Assembly: GCA_013426185.1 (NCBI GenBank)
Contig: CP058602.1
Span: 271,123 to 335,122, forward strand
Direction: 5' to 3'
Source: Candidatus Woesebacteria bacterium
GTDB lineage: Bacteria; Patescibacteriota; Microgenomatia; UBA8517
Length of the DNA: 64,000 bases
The position numbers and the translations under genes were made by a program. Under the pieces are notes generated by a model, which ran no database searches, was not told where the DNA came from, and saw only the letters and a program-made list of their open reading frames with translations. This document shows positions 10,263-19,045 of the stretch, piece after piece (the first letter of the stretch is position 1; the number at the start of each line of letters is the position of its first letter).

Positions 10263-10379
10263 TTTACGTTGTATCCGTATACTAGTACACAGACCAAACA
10301 AAGAAAGTCAATAAAAAAGGAAAACTAAAGCTATTTATCGATGTTAATACATCTACAACGATGATAAAGGTAAAAGGAT

Positions 10380-10408
10380 ACCCTTTAAAGGCCTGGCCTT
10401 TAAAAGGT
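10380..10408 (-). terminator. Palindromic hairpin (CCCTTTAAAGGCC / GGCCTTTAAAAGG) immediately 3' of CDS 10409..11419
   Basis: 13-bp near-perfect inverted repeat with a 1-nt loop. The A/T tract after it is weak. Confidence 0.35.
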
Positions 10409-11419
10409 TCAAGAATCAACCTTAATTATCACCTCTTTAAAAGCTTCGACAAAAGGAACACAAGCCGTAAAAAATCTACCGTTCTCAATCAATAAAGAAG
10501 GAATCGTTAAATAATAATAATTTTCCCTCTGCACTCTTTTCCTGTAAAATCTATTGTGCAGTTCGGCGTATAACTTAGCGGGTTTGATATTATGTTTGGT
10601 ATAGACAAAATATTCAAATAAACCGTTAACCAGAATTTCCTTCGTCTTAAACCAGAGATATGCCCAAAATTCATCTTCTGGAGCAATCTTTTTCACCAAT
10701 CTCAAAGCAAATTCATAAGCATTCTTTTCTTTCAGATACCGCCCTGCTTGAGAACCACTTTCCAGCAAAATTTTTTCGTGTCTTGCGTGTCCTAATTCAT
10801 GAACAAAAGTAAATATCTCGGGAAGTGTTTTTGTCACCAAATCGCATCTTATTTCAAATACATCCTTTCCACTGTTATAAATACAGGAGGCCTCTTGGTT
10901 CTTTCTTTTTATTCTTATCTTATTAATTAATTCTTTTGCTTTAGGGTCTGTCTTTTTCCAAACTCTATAAATTTCGTCTATTTCGTATTTCTTTTGAGAC
11001 CTGTGAGCAGGAAAAGGGAGATAAAATTCTGACCAATATTCTCTTGGAGTACCTTTTTTAAATTTCACCTTTTCATTTATAAAAGAAATTATTACATCCG
11101 AATTCTCAACAAAATTCTTTAAATCATTCTCGGGAATTTCACTTTTTTCTGATATCTCCTCAATAAAGTTTTTATAACCTTTGTAAACAGAGGATTTATT
11201 TAGAAGCTTTACAAACCTGGCAAAACTCCTATCAGCTTCTTTTAGATCTTTCTCATACTTTTTAAACTTCCTCAACTTCTCAGCATAATCGACCCGCGCA
11301 AAAAAGATTCTTCTCAATCTTTTTGCTTTAACATCAGTTACAAGACTTCTTATTTTATGAAGTTCTAATCCTGCTTCAAACAAAGTAGCCTTATAAAGAA
11401 GATCTTTATTCTTCATCAC
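10409..11419 (-). CDS. ImmA/IrrE-family (COG2856-like) HExxH metallopeptidase-domain protein
   Basis: 'FVHELGHARHEK' matches the HE[LI]GH..H signature of ImmA/IrrE zinc peptidases. The N-terminal ~200 aa is unassigned. Confidence 0.45.
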   Translation of the reverse strand: MMKNKDLLYKATLFEAGLELHKIRSLVTDVKAKRLRRIFFARVDYAEKLRKFKKYEKDLKEADRSFARFVKLLNKSSVYKGYKNFIEEISEKSEIPENDLKNFVENSDVIISFINEKVKFKKGTPREYWSEFYLPFPAHRSQKKYEIDEIYRVWKKTDPKAKELINKIRIKRKNQEASCIYNSGKDVFEIRCDLVTKTLPEIFTFVHELGHARHEKILLESGSQAGRYLKEKNAYEFALRLVKKIAPEDEFWAYLWFKTKEILVNGLFEYFVYTKHNIKPAKLYAELHNRFYRKRVQRENYYYLTIPSLLIENGRFFTACVPFVEAFKEVIIKVDS

Positions 11420-11429
11420 TAATCTTATA

Positions 11430-11500
11430 AAAATGGGGTGGGTAGAAACATCGAGAAAGAAATACTTGGTTTCAACCCACCCCCAGGTTGGCTGGTTATT
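11430..11500 (-). terminator. Putative rho-independent terminator (GC-rich stem GGGGTGGGT/ACCCACCCC followed by a T-run)
   Basis: Minus-strand read: 'ggggtgggttgaaacc...ctacccaccccatttttat'. Confidence 0.4.
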
Positions 11501-11511
11501 CTAAAAGGTCA

Positions 11512-11703
11512 TTAGTTTGAACCGTCCTGCCTAGCTTGATCCATGGCCTCTTTTGCCTCGGAGTCACTAACTCCCGTGTCTTTAGCTGCATCCTTGTAAG
11601 TATAACCATCTCTCGTTGCAAGCCACTCAGCTACTTCGTACGAAAGTTGGCTAACCTCCGGCTTGGTATCCTTATCGTCACTCTTCTTATCTCCAGGTCC
11701 CAT
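11512..11703 (-). CDS. Small acidic protein (63 aa) with N-terminal M-GPGDK, paralog of 25750..25950
   Basis: Strong SD (GGAGG, 7 nt upstream), a sigma70-like promoter and a downstream hairpin. Shares the N-terminal GPGDK and DGYT motifs and a 5'UTR motif GTTGGCT with the 25750 gene. Confidence 0.5.
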   Translation of the reverse strand: MGPGDKKSDDKDTKPEVSQLSYEVAEWLATRDGYTYKDAAKDTGVSDSEAKEAMDQARQDGSN

Positions 11704-11790
11704 AGTTAACCTCCTTACAATGTAAAAGTGCCAGCCAACCTTTAATAATCATATTTTAAAATAAATAGGCTTAATTTTCAAATTCTTCTA
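11704..11790 (-). promoter_or_regulatory. Sigma70-like promoter (TTGAAA-N17-TAAAAT) plus a ~45-nt leader with a GGAGG SD for the small acidic protein gene
   Basis: Read on the minus strand: 'ttgaaaattaagcctatttattttaaaat...gttggctggc...taaggaggttaactATG'. Confidence 0.45.
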
Positions 11791-11817
11791 CAGGTCACAG
11801 ACTTTTTAGACATTCCT

Positions 11818-12245
11818 CATTTCTCAATAAGGTAGCCTAATGGTGGTTTAAAGCCAAAAGACTCATGGAGTCTTTTGCTATTATAGAATATCAGATATTC
11901 TGCTAGTTTTTCATAAAAGAGTTTGGGATGATAGATTAAATCTGAATTTGGTTCTAAGAATTCTTCCTTTAAAGTTCTTTGATATCTTTCAATTACTCCA
12001 TTAATTTTGGGACAAAGAGAGGATAAATAAAGTAATTGGTAATTTGTCTTTTTGAAAGATATTTTTCAAAGATTCCTTGGAATTCTAACCCATTATCAGT
12101 CTGGATGGATCTAATTTGTCCTGGGTAAACTAACTCCAAATTCTTGAAGAAGTCTAAGGTATTGAAACTATTAAGCTTAAAATAGGGTAAAGAAAAACCA
12201 AATTTGAGCTTGATATTACAAGCAGAGTAAAGATAAAGTTTTACT
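11818..12245 (-). pseudogene. Degraded DDE integrase (rve-domain, IS481/IS3-like) transposase remnant, C-terminal part only, frameshifted
   Basis: Minus-strand translation gives '...LVYPGQIRSIQTDNGLEFQG...' then, after a frameshift, 'NGVIERYQRTLKEEF...YNSKRLHESFGFKPPLGY'. This matches the rve core (DNGxEF ... NGxVER..RTLK). There is no intact ORF and the N-terminus is missing. Confidence 0.6.
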
Positions 12246-12291
12246 TCTTGGCCAACTTCAAGCTAAACAAAATTGACAAGGTCCGTCCTTG

Positions 12292-13617
12292 TCACTTAGC
12301 ATCTACAATCTTCAATTTTTCAAAACCATAATAAGCGGCGACACAGGATGAAACCCAGCCTTTATTATCGGTAAAACTATCAAGACCGCCCACCGGTTTA
12401 ATATTTTTAATTTCAGGAAGATTTTTAACTTCCCTATCCCAGCTAACAGCATAGTTTGCTATCTCGGATCTAACAGACAACCAGTGAGAAAAGACCGACC
12501 TGGTCAAAAAGAAAATAGCAAAAAAATTTAAAAACAAAATAAGCACAAACATCTTTTTCTTAATAAAATCCGAAGAAAAATAATAATTGAACAAGCCAAA
12601 AAGAGAAAGCGAAATAATATAAAAAGAAAATAAAACAAAATAAAAGACAATAAAAAGAGTCCTTTCAGGAGGAATTATAGACATTGAATAATATCCGGAG
12701 AAAATAACCGCCATTGTAGAAAAAACTATATTTGCCAAAGCAAAAACTAAAATCAAAACCGTCTTTTTAGGATCGATTTTTATCTTTTTAGCAAAAAATA
12801 GAGTTGACGCAAAAATAATCAAAAGAGAATACAAAAAAGGCTTAAGACTTGCCATTCTCAAAAGGTACCATTTTGTGGCAAGAACTGAGGACTTAATAAC
12901 AAAAACCAAACTCTCAGGCTTTGTGACAGTCAGACTTCTTGCATCATTGCCAGGTGAAAGAGACATCAAAAAGAGAGAGACCAAAACTCCCAAAAAACCT
13001 GAAATAACAAATTTTAATCTTGACTTTAAGCCATCAAGCTTAAGAATATATAAAGAAGAAATAACTAAAAATATAAAGACCAAAAGACTAAGCGCAAAAG
13101 CTTCAGAAAAACCGGAAGCAATAAAAAGCAAAATGAAGCCCAATAAAAACCTGCGCTTATTTTCCCGAAGAATAAGAAGCGATAAAAAGGCATTCAAAAA
13201 TACAAAAGGAATAGTGTAATTTAAAGAACCAGTCTGCCAATAAAAAGACTGAATTATATTCGGCGCATTGATTAAAACCAAAAGAATAAAAACCACGGAA
13301 AAGATAATACTCTTAAAGAAGATAACACGAGAGGTCAAAACCAAAAGGGAAAATAAAACTAAAGGCAATATCCGAACAATCCACGGACCCATTGATTCAA
13401 ACAAATCAGTAAAAAAGACAGCAGAATATCTCCCTGTCCAACTTTTCCACCAGCCAATCTGCGCCCCGATAAAGCCATTATTCCGAAGAAAAACTGCGGA
13501 ACAAAAATCATCAACCCAATAACGGACGTAAAAAGAAGTGGTAATTATAAAATAAAGGCAAATTGAAATAAAAACGAGGTAAGTAAAATAGATGAGAAAC
13601 CTTTTAAAAATAGGCAT
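12292..13617 (-). CDS. Polytopic membrane protein (GT-C or polymerase candidate)
   Basis: 441 aa, highly hydrophobic, multi-TM. Confidence 0.45.
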   Translation of the reverse strand: MPIFKRFLIYFTYLVFISICLYFIITTSFYVRYWVDDFCSAVFLRNNGFIGAQIGWWKSWTGRYSAVFFTDLFESMGPWIVRILPLVLFSLLVLTSRVIFFKSIIFSVVFILLVLINAPNIIQSFYWQTGSLNYTIPFVFLNAFLSLLILRENKRRFLLGFILLFIASGFSEAFALSLLVFIFLVISSLYILKLDGLKSRLKFVISGFLGVLVSLFLMSLSPGNDARSLTVTKPESLVFVIKSSVLATKWYLLRMASLKPFLYSLLIIFASTLFFAKKIKIDPKKTVLILVFALANIVFSTMAVIFSGYYSMSIIPPERTLFIVFYFVLFSFYIISLSLFGLFNYYFSSDFIKKKMFVLILFLNFFAIFFLTRSVFSHWLSVRSEIANYAVSWDREVKNLPEIKNIKPVGGLDSFTDNKGWVSSCVAAYYGFEKLKIVDAK

Positions 13618-13800
13618 CAGATTACAAGCTCCAAATTACAAATCACAAATTACAATTTACAAACAACTAACAAATTACAATATACAAATTACAAATCACA
13701 ATATACAAGCACCAATAAACAAATTACAAGCTACAAATCACAAATCACAATATACAAATTCCAAATCACAAATTAACTCAAAACTTAAAAATCAAAGTCA
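13618..13800. repeat. 7-bp-periodic tandem array (ACAAATT/ACAAATC/ATATACA variants), ~25 units
   Basis: Direct reading: 'acaaatt acaaatc acaaatt acaattt acaaaca ...'. Related arrays occur in at least 8 other spacers. Confidence 0.85.
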
Positions 13801-13803
13801 AAA

Positions 13804-14148
13804 TTACTTAAATTTATTTATTATTGACGAAAGAATATTTCTGATTTCGATGCACTCTTTAATCAAATTTTCAAGTTCGAGCTTAAACTTTGGTTCGGCC
13901 TCGAGTAAAATATCCAACCAATAAGAAGTCTCTTTGGCTTCTTTTCTAGCAATTTTCAGCCTAAGGACAGAATCTTTTTTACTCAAGCTATCATTTGCTT
14001 CTCGATAATTGGCACCAACACTTGTGGCAGACCTTACAATTTGACTAATCAAAGGTATATTAATACTGTTTTTAGGAAGTTTCCTGCAAAGAGAAATCAC
14101 ATCTTTTGAGAAGGCTAAAGTTCTTTCCTCTAAGTCGTAAACCTTCAT
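13804..14148 (-). CDS. Four-helix-bundle protein (TIGR02436 family), second copy
   Basis: 'ERTLAFSKDVISLCRKLPKN...ISQIVRSATSVGANYREA...KIARKEAKETSYWLDIL' matches the family. Flanked on both sides by inverted heptamer arrays. Confidence 0.8.
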   Translation of the reverse strand: MKVYDLEERTLAFSKDVISLCRKLPKNSINIPLISQIVRSATSVGANYREANDSLSKKDSVLRLKIARKEAKETSYWLDILLEAEPKFKLELENLIKECIEIRNILSSIINKFK

Positions 14149-14159
14149 ATTATTTTGTT

Positions 14160-14290
14160 ATCAATTGTAATTTACTTCTTGGAATTTGTGATTTGTTTAT
14201 TGAGATTTGTTATTGTTTGTAATTTAGAATTTGGAGCTTGGGATTTGTTTGTAATTTGTGATTTGTAATTTGGAATTTTAACCAGAAGTA
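14160..14290. repeat. Heptamer tandem array in the opposite orientation (AATTTGT/GATTTGT/AATTTGG)
   Basis: Inverted relative to the 13618-13800 array. Overlaps the 3' end of CDS 14172..15911. Confidence 0.8.
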
Positions 14291-15911
14291 TTGCTTTTGC
14301 ATCCATTCTTTCATAATTCTTGGAGGGCTCAATCTGATACACACCCTTTAATTCATATTCTTCTGCAATTTTGTCGCATCCATCGCATTTCCATTTAGTC
14401 TTATCTTGCGGGTTTTCAAAAATCATTCTCCAATCCTCACCCATATAATAATTCGGGTCGTCAATTTTATAGCTTGTCAGATAAATCGCGTCAAAAGGTA
14501 TTGTTTGAGTTTTTTCGTCAATAAGTTGTTTTGGCTCAAGAGGAAACCAAACGGTTTTGCGTTCTCCATACCAAGTGCCCCAAGTATCAAGATTTGTAAC
14601 AATCACCTGGTTTGGCTCTGTATTCTCCTTTAAAATTTTTGAGAGTTCTACATAAACAGGTGGCTTGCCAACATTATGTGTCCTTGCCTCAAAGCGTGAG
14701 TCAAGAAGTAAAATTCCAAGAGTTTGACCAACAGCTAAGAAAAGCACCAATATACAAGATCCAATAAACAAAAAGCTTCGCTTTGTAACTTGCTTGGAAT
14801 TTGTTTGTGATTTGGAATTTGGAATTTGTAATTTGGAGCTTGGAATTTGTTTGTAATTTGTAATTTGGAATTTGTTAATTATTCCAACCAGTGTTCCTAC
14901 TCCAACTATATAAACCAAAGGCACAACGGGATGTATGTATCTAAAAAAAGGAATTCCAGCTGCTGTTACCAAAAGAGTTAAAACTACCATAAAAAAAGAC
15001 GCTACTTTAAAGCCAGTCTGAAGAGTAGTTTGCCCTTCTTTTGTCCTATCAAAAAGAGAAAATAATCCGATTACAAAAAGAGTAAAAAGATAAGGATTCA
15101 AAATTTGTGGCATCAACTTGTAAAAGTTGTAAAGGTTGTAGAAAACTTTCTTGAAAAGAGAAAGAAAATTAAAAGATTGTCGCGGCAAACCGCGCAAAGC
15201 GTCAGAAACTGCCATATTAGGGCTGTGCTGAAGAGAAACAAAATTGCCGATTGAAGTTACAGAATAAAGGAAGAACCTTCCTTGAAACTTTGGAATTAGA
15301 AAATAATCAACCAAAAGGCCAAATAAAACTAGACTTAAGAACCAAGACAAAGCCTTTTTTGGTTTAAAATTAATAAGTAACCAATAAAGAATAATTCCTG
15401 CGATATAAATAAAGGCTTGAGTGCGGGTAAAATACATTAAAATCAAAAAGAAAAACATCAAGAAATTAGCCCATTTTTTCTTCAAAGAAACAAAATATAA
15501 TGAGGCAACTATCTGAAAAATAAAAGTAGATTCTGAAGCCCCACTTGTTGCATAGTCAATTAGATTATAATTTGCGCCAACTGCCAAAGTAGAAAGGAAG
15601 CCTATTAGTTTTGAATTGAAGATCTTTTTTGCAAGAAGATAAACAAAGACTAAAGTTAAAAGAAAATAAAAAAAGGAATTGGCGATAACTGCAAAATCAG
15701 AAATTCCAAGGATTTTGAAAAAGAAAGCAATTGATAAAGAATGAAAAGGCAAAATGCCAGTGTTTTGGAAAAGAGGTTTTTCCAAAACTTCAAAAATCCT
15801 TTCTCCCCAAAAAGAAAAACTTGTCCCCCACCCCCTACCCAAAACAAAATTCCTAGCAACATCAGCATATTTTGCAGAATCAGAAAAAGTGAGATAAAAG
15901 TCCATATTCAT
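14172..15911 (-). CDS. GT-C-type polytopic membrane glycosyltransferase (ArnT/PMT-like). Carries a repeat-derived in-frame internal insertion and a repeat-derived C-terminal tail
   Basis: N-terminal region and TM architecture resemble the ArnT-like paralogs. Codons at ~14760-14885 and 14172-14290 are heptamer-repeat sequence translating to N/K/S/Q/T-rich peptide (NYKSQITN...). Confidence 0.5.
   Translation of the reverse strand: MNMDFYLTFSDSAKYADVARNFVLGRGWGTSFSFWGERIFEVLEKPLFQNTGILPFHSLSIAFFFKILGISDFAVIANSFFYFLLTLVFVYLLAKKIFNSKLIGFLSTLAVGANYNLIDYATSGASESTFIFQIVASLYFVSLKKKWANFLMFFFLILMYFTRTQAFIYIAGIILYWLLINFKPKKALSWFLSLVLFGLLVDYFLIPKFQGRFFLYSVTSIGNFVSLQHSPNMAVSDALRGLPRQSFNFLSLFKKVFYNLYNFYKLMPQILNPYLFTLFVIGLFSLFDRTKEGQTTLQTGFKVASFFMVVLTLLVTAAGIPFFRYIHPVVPLVYIVGVGTLVGIINKFQITNYKQIPSSKLQIPNSKSQTNSKQVTKRSFLFIGSCILVLFLAVGQTLGILLLDSRFEARTHNVGKPPVYVELSKILKENTEPNQVIVTNLDTWGTWYGERKTVWFPLEPKQLIDEKTQTIPFDAIYLTSYKIDDPNYYMGEDWRMIFENPQDKTKWKCDGCDKIAEEYELKGVYQIEPSKNYERMDAKAILLVKIPNYKSQITNKSQAPNSKLQTITNLNKQITNSKK
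14760..14885. repeat. Heptamer array embedded in-frame inside CDS 14172..15911
   Basis: 'ttggaatttgtttgtgatttggaatttggaatttgtaatttggagcttggaatttgtttgtaatttgtaatttggaattt'. Confidence 0.8.
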
Positions 15912-16034
15912 TCAGACTTAGTATACCTCCCCAAAATCTCGCTGACAAATTTAATAATCATTAAAAAGAATAATATATATACAATTACAAGGTAAACCAT
16001 TATAATAAGGAAAATTAGTAAAATAAAAAGGAGA

Positions 16035-16883
16035 ATGAAAAATCTCATAAGAAAATTAATTAATAAAGCCGAAAGAAATAGTTATTTTTCTGTGTTAAAG
16101 ACTATTTACCACAAGACTCCTGCCTATAATAGGCTGTTAAAAAAACAAAAAGAATTAAAATCAAAAGAAAAATCTATCATTAAAAAATATCTCAAGAATA
16201 ATTTCAAGATAAGGTACGATCCATTTTCAGGAATAAAGTACATCAAAAATTCATTTGGTAGTGTCCTGTTACCCAAAATAATTGGGTCTTATGAAGAACC
16301 TATACAGGAATGGATTAATCAGGCTATTAAAAGAAAATATTATAAGGTAATCGATTTGGGTTCTGCAGAGGGATATTACGCTATAGGCATGGCAAAAAAT
16401 TTACCACAATCAACTGTCTTAGCAAGTGACATAGATCCAAAAGCAAGGCACCTTTGCCGAATTTTAGCAAGAAAAAATAACTGTAATAATATAAAAATCG
16501 TAGGGAAGCTAGATCACCAAAGATTAAACAAGGAAATTATTAGAAATAAGACAATAATAATATGCGACATTGAAGGGAATGAGTTAGAACTGTTAGAACC
16601 AAACAAGGTTAAAAAATTAAATTTTTGTGATATTATTTGCGAACTACATGACGATCTAGTATCAAATAACATAACAGAAGAAATGATAAAAAGATTTCAT
16701 AAAACACACTCTATAGAAATAGTTGTAGATAGACCAAGAGAAAAAAATAGATATAAAATACTAAACTCACTACAAACAGATATTGTATCTTTCATACTAG
16801 ACGAAAGAAGATATGGTATATCAAGATGGGCAAGATTAATAAAAAACAATAATAAAAAGACAAGCAAGACTTCTCATATATGA
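16035..16883 (+). CDS. FkbM-family-like SAM-dependent methyltransferase
   Basis: 'VIDLGSAEGYYAIGMA' motif I with a downstream acidic loop. 282 aa. Confidence 0.5.
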   Translation: MKNLIRKLINKAERNSYFSVLKTIYHKTPAYNRLLKKQKELKSKEKSIIKKYLKNNFKIRYDPFSGIKYIKNSFGSVLLPKIIGSYEEPIQEWINQAIKRKYYKVIDLGSAEGYYAIGMAKNLPQSTVLASDIDPKARHLCRILARKNNCNNIKIVGKLDHQRLNKEIIRNKTIIICDIEGNELELLEPNKVKKLNFCDIICELHDDLVSNNITEEMIKRFHKTHSIEIVVDRPREKNRYKILNSLQTDIVSFILDERRYGISRWARLIKNNNKKTSKTSHI

Positions 16884-17803
16884 AGATAAACATAGGTTGC
16901 ACCTCAGATAACAACTACTCACAACACCTTGCGGTTATGCTAGAGTCCCTTTTTTACAATAACAAAAAACACAAAATCAAAGTCTACATATTCACAAACG
17001 ATATAGATAAAACAAATCAAGAAAAGATACTAAAGGTATCAGAAAAACACAATCAAAAGATAGTATTTCTTGGAGTTAAAATACCAAAAGAAATAAATAA
17101 AATTAGAATACCTGAAAAACATATCAGTATTAACGCTTACTACAAAGTATTGATACCAGAAAGCCTGCCTGAAAAAATAAGTAAAATTCTAATATTAGAT
17201 TGTGACTTAATCGTACTAAAAGACATTTCCAAATTGTATAACACTAAACTTGAGGAAAAAATAATCGGTGCAGTTCCAAATCCTCTCTCAGAAGATAGAT
17301 GTAAGATCTTGGGCATTTCCCCTAAGGATGGTTACTTCAATTCTGGTGTCATGATTGTAAATACAAAAAAGTGGAAAAGTCAAAAAATAGCAAAGAAAGT
17401 CATAGAGTATGCTATCTCTCATAATGATATTATAGCCAATGCCGAACAGGATCCTCTCAACTTTATATTAAAAAACAAGTGGAAAAAAATAGAATATGTA
17501 TATAATCAACAAACCATAATGTATGCTTATAATTACCGGCGCCTCAAGATCAAAAAAAAGGAATACTTAGAAGCTATAAAAAAACCCGTAATTATTCACT
17601 ACACATCCTCCAATAAACCATGGCTACTATCAGGCAACCACCCACAAAGAAGATTGTACTTTCAATATCTTAGAATGACACCTTACAAAAACTACAAATA
17701 CAAAGACTTTACCTTGAAATCTATAGTCCAACACTACTTAAATCCAAAAATCGAATACTGTATAGTTGACACATTAAAGGCCATAAGGTCTTTAAGATTT
17801 TAA
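16880..17803 (+). CDS. GT8 family glycosyltransferase (RfaJ / LPS glycosyltransferase-like)
   Basis: 'NIGCTSDNNYSQHLAVMLESL', DxD 'LDCDLIV' and 'FNSGVMIVN' are GT8 hallmarks. Confidence 0.7.
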   Translation: MKINIGCTSDNNYSQHLAVMLESLFYNNKKHKIKVYIFTNDIDKTNQEKILKVSEKHNQKIVFLGVKIPKEINKIRIPEKHISINAYYKVLIPESLPEKISKILILDCDLIVLKDISKLYNTKLEEKIIGAVPNPLSEDRCKILGISPKDGYFNSGVMIVNTKKWKSQKIAKKVIEYAISHNDIIANAEQDPLNFILKNKWKKIEYVYNQQTIMYAYNYRRLKIKKKEYLEAIKKPVIIHYTSSNKPWLLSGNHPQRRLYFQYLRMTPYKNYKYKDFTLKSIVQHYLNPKIEYCIVDTLKAIRSLRF

Positions 17804-17944
17804 CAGCCCTATAATATAAAGGCCCTATAAATCCTTATGTTTGGTCCACTTCTATCTTTCTAGTAAACAAAACTAGCAATCTTGGCCGAATATGGTTGGT
17901 GTCGTTAAAATCCGTAGACGGTAATAACATATACCTAAATCACA

Positions 17945-19045
17945 TTATAACTTTAATACATTTTTATAGACATTTAATGTTTCTTTTACTGTTTTGTTCC
18001 AAGAAAACTTCTCTACTTGTTCTAACCCCAATTTGCTTAAATCGTTTCTTAATTTGTCATCCTCTATTACTTTTTCAACCATATTTTTAATAGATTTATT
18101 GTCTTTAGGATTTATATACATCGCAGCTTTTCCACAAACTTCTGGAATTGAACTAGTATCACTTGCAACAACCGGACAACCCATTGAGAAAGCTTCTAAA
18201 GCTGTTAGACCAAAACCTTCGTAAAGAGAAGGTAATACATAAACCAGAGCATTTCTGTAAATATATGCCAGCTCAGAATCGTCTTTGAAACCAATTTGAA
18301 CGACTTGTCTTTCAATCCCAAGTCTTGAAATAAAAATCTTCTCACTCGATGAAAAAGGACCCCCGCCGGCACAAACAAGAAAAAGAGATTTGTCTCTTCT
18401 AAGAATAGGACTAATTGATTCCAGGAAAAAAGTAAAATTTTTATATCCTCGCCTACTGCCAACAAAAAGTAAATACTTACCTGGTAAGTCATCAACTTTA
18501 CTAGGATTTACATTCTCAAGAGGATTACCATGATAAATAACCTTTACCTTTTTACCATCAATACCATACAAATCAATAAGATCTCTCTTAGTATTCTCAG
18601 ATACAGAAATTACATAATCAGCCCTTAAAATGACTTCATTTTTGTAAGCTAAAGTTTTTTTTACACCTTTAAATTCGGCGGGAAAAAGTTCAGGAATCAT
18701 ATCGTGAACTGTAACTACAAAAGGCTTTCTGTTCAGCATACTTAAAAAATATGGATGGAAGTAAGTAGCATGTAAGAGATCAAAATCTCCACTTTTCAGA
18801 TAAGAACTATCAAGAAAAACATTCGCATAAAAACTCAAGACATTTTTGTAAGGCAAATTAATTTTCGGAAAGAAACCATCAACACCTCCTTTAAGTTTGG
18901 ATAAATAAATATTATTGGAAAATTTACCATCTACCAAAACTTCATTTTCCGTTCTTCCAACTCTGCTAATCAGCTCATAAAAATACCTAGAAATACCTCC
19001 ATAATTCTGAAAACTAAATATTTGTTGATCGTAAAGAATTTTCAT
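17945..19045 (-). CDS. GT4 glycosyltransferase
   Basis: 'EGFGLTALEAFSMGCPVVASD' C-terminal GT4 motif. Confidence 0.7.
   Translation of the reverse strand: MKILYDQQIFSFQNYGGISRYFYELISRVGRTENEVLVDGKFSNNIYLSKLKGGVDGFFPKINLPYKNVLSFYANVFLDSSYLKSGDFDLLHATYFHPYFLSMLNRKPFVVTVHDMIPELFPAEFKGVKKTLAYKNEVILRADYVISVSENTKRDLIDLYGIDGKKVKVIYHGNPLENVNPSKVDDLPGKYLLFVGSRRGYKNFTFFLESISPILRRDKSLFLVCAGGGPFSSSEKIFISRLGIERQVVQIGFKDDSELAYIYRNALVYVLPSLYEGFGLTALEAFSMGCPVVASDTSSIPEVCGKAAMYINPKDNKSIKNMVEKVIEDDKLRNDLSKLGLEQVEKFSWNKTVKETLNVYKNVLKL

Noticed and set aside
13592-13924. 110-aa plus-strand ORF translating the ACAAATT heptamer array (NYKSQITIYKQLTNYNIQ...)
   Set aside because: It consists entirely of tandem-repeat sequence and overlaps the well-supported four-helix-bundle gene on the other strand. 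It has no start context or SD. An open frame of this kind arises by chance in T/A/C-rich 7-mers lacking stop codons.
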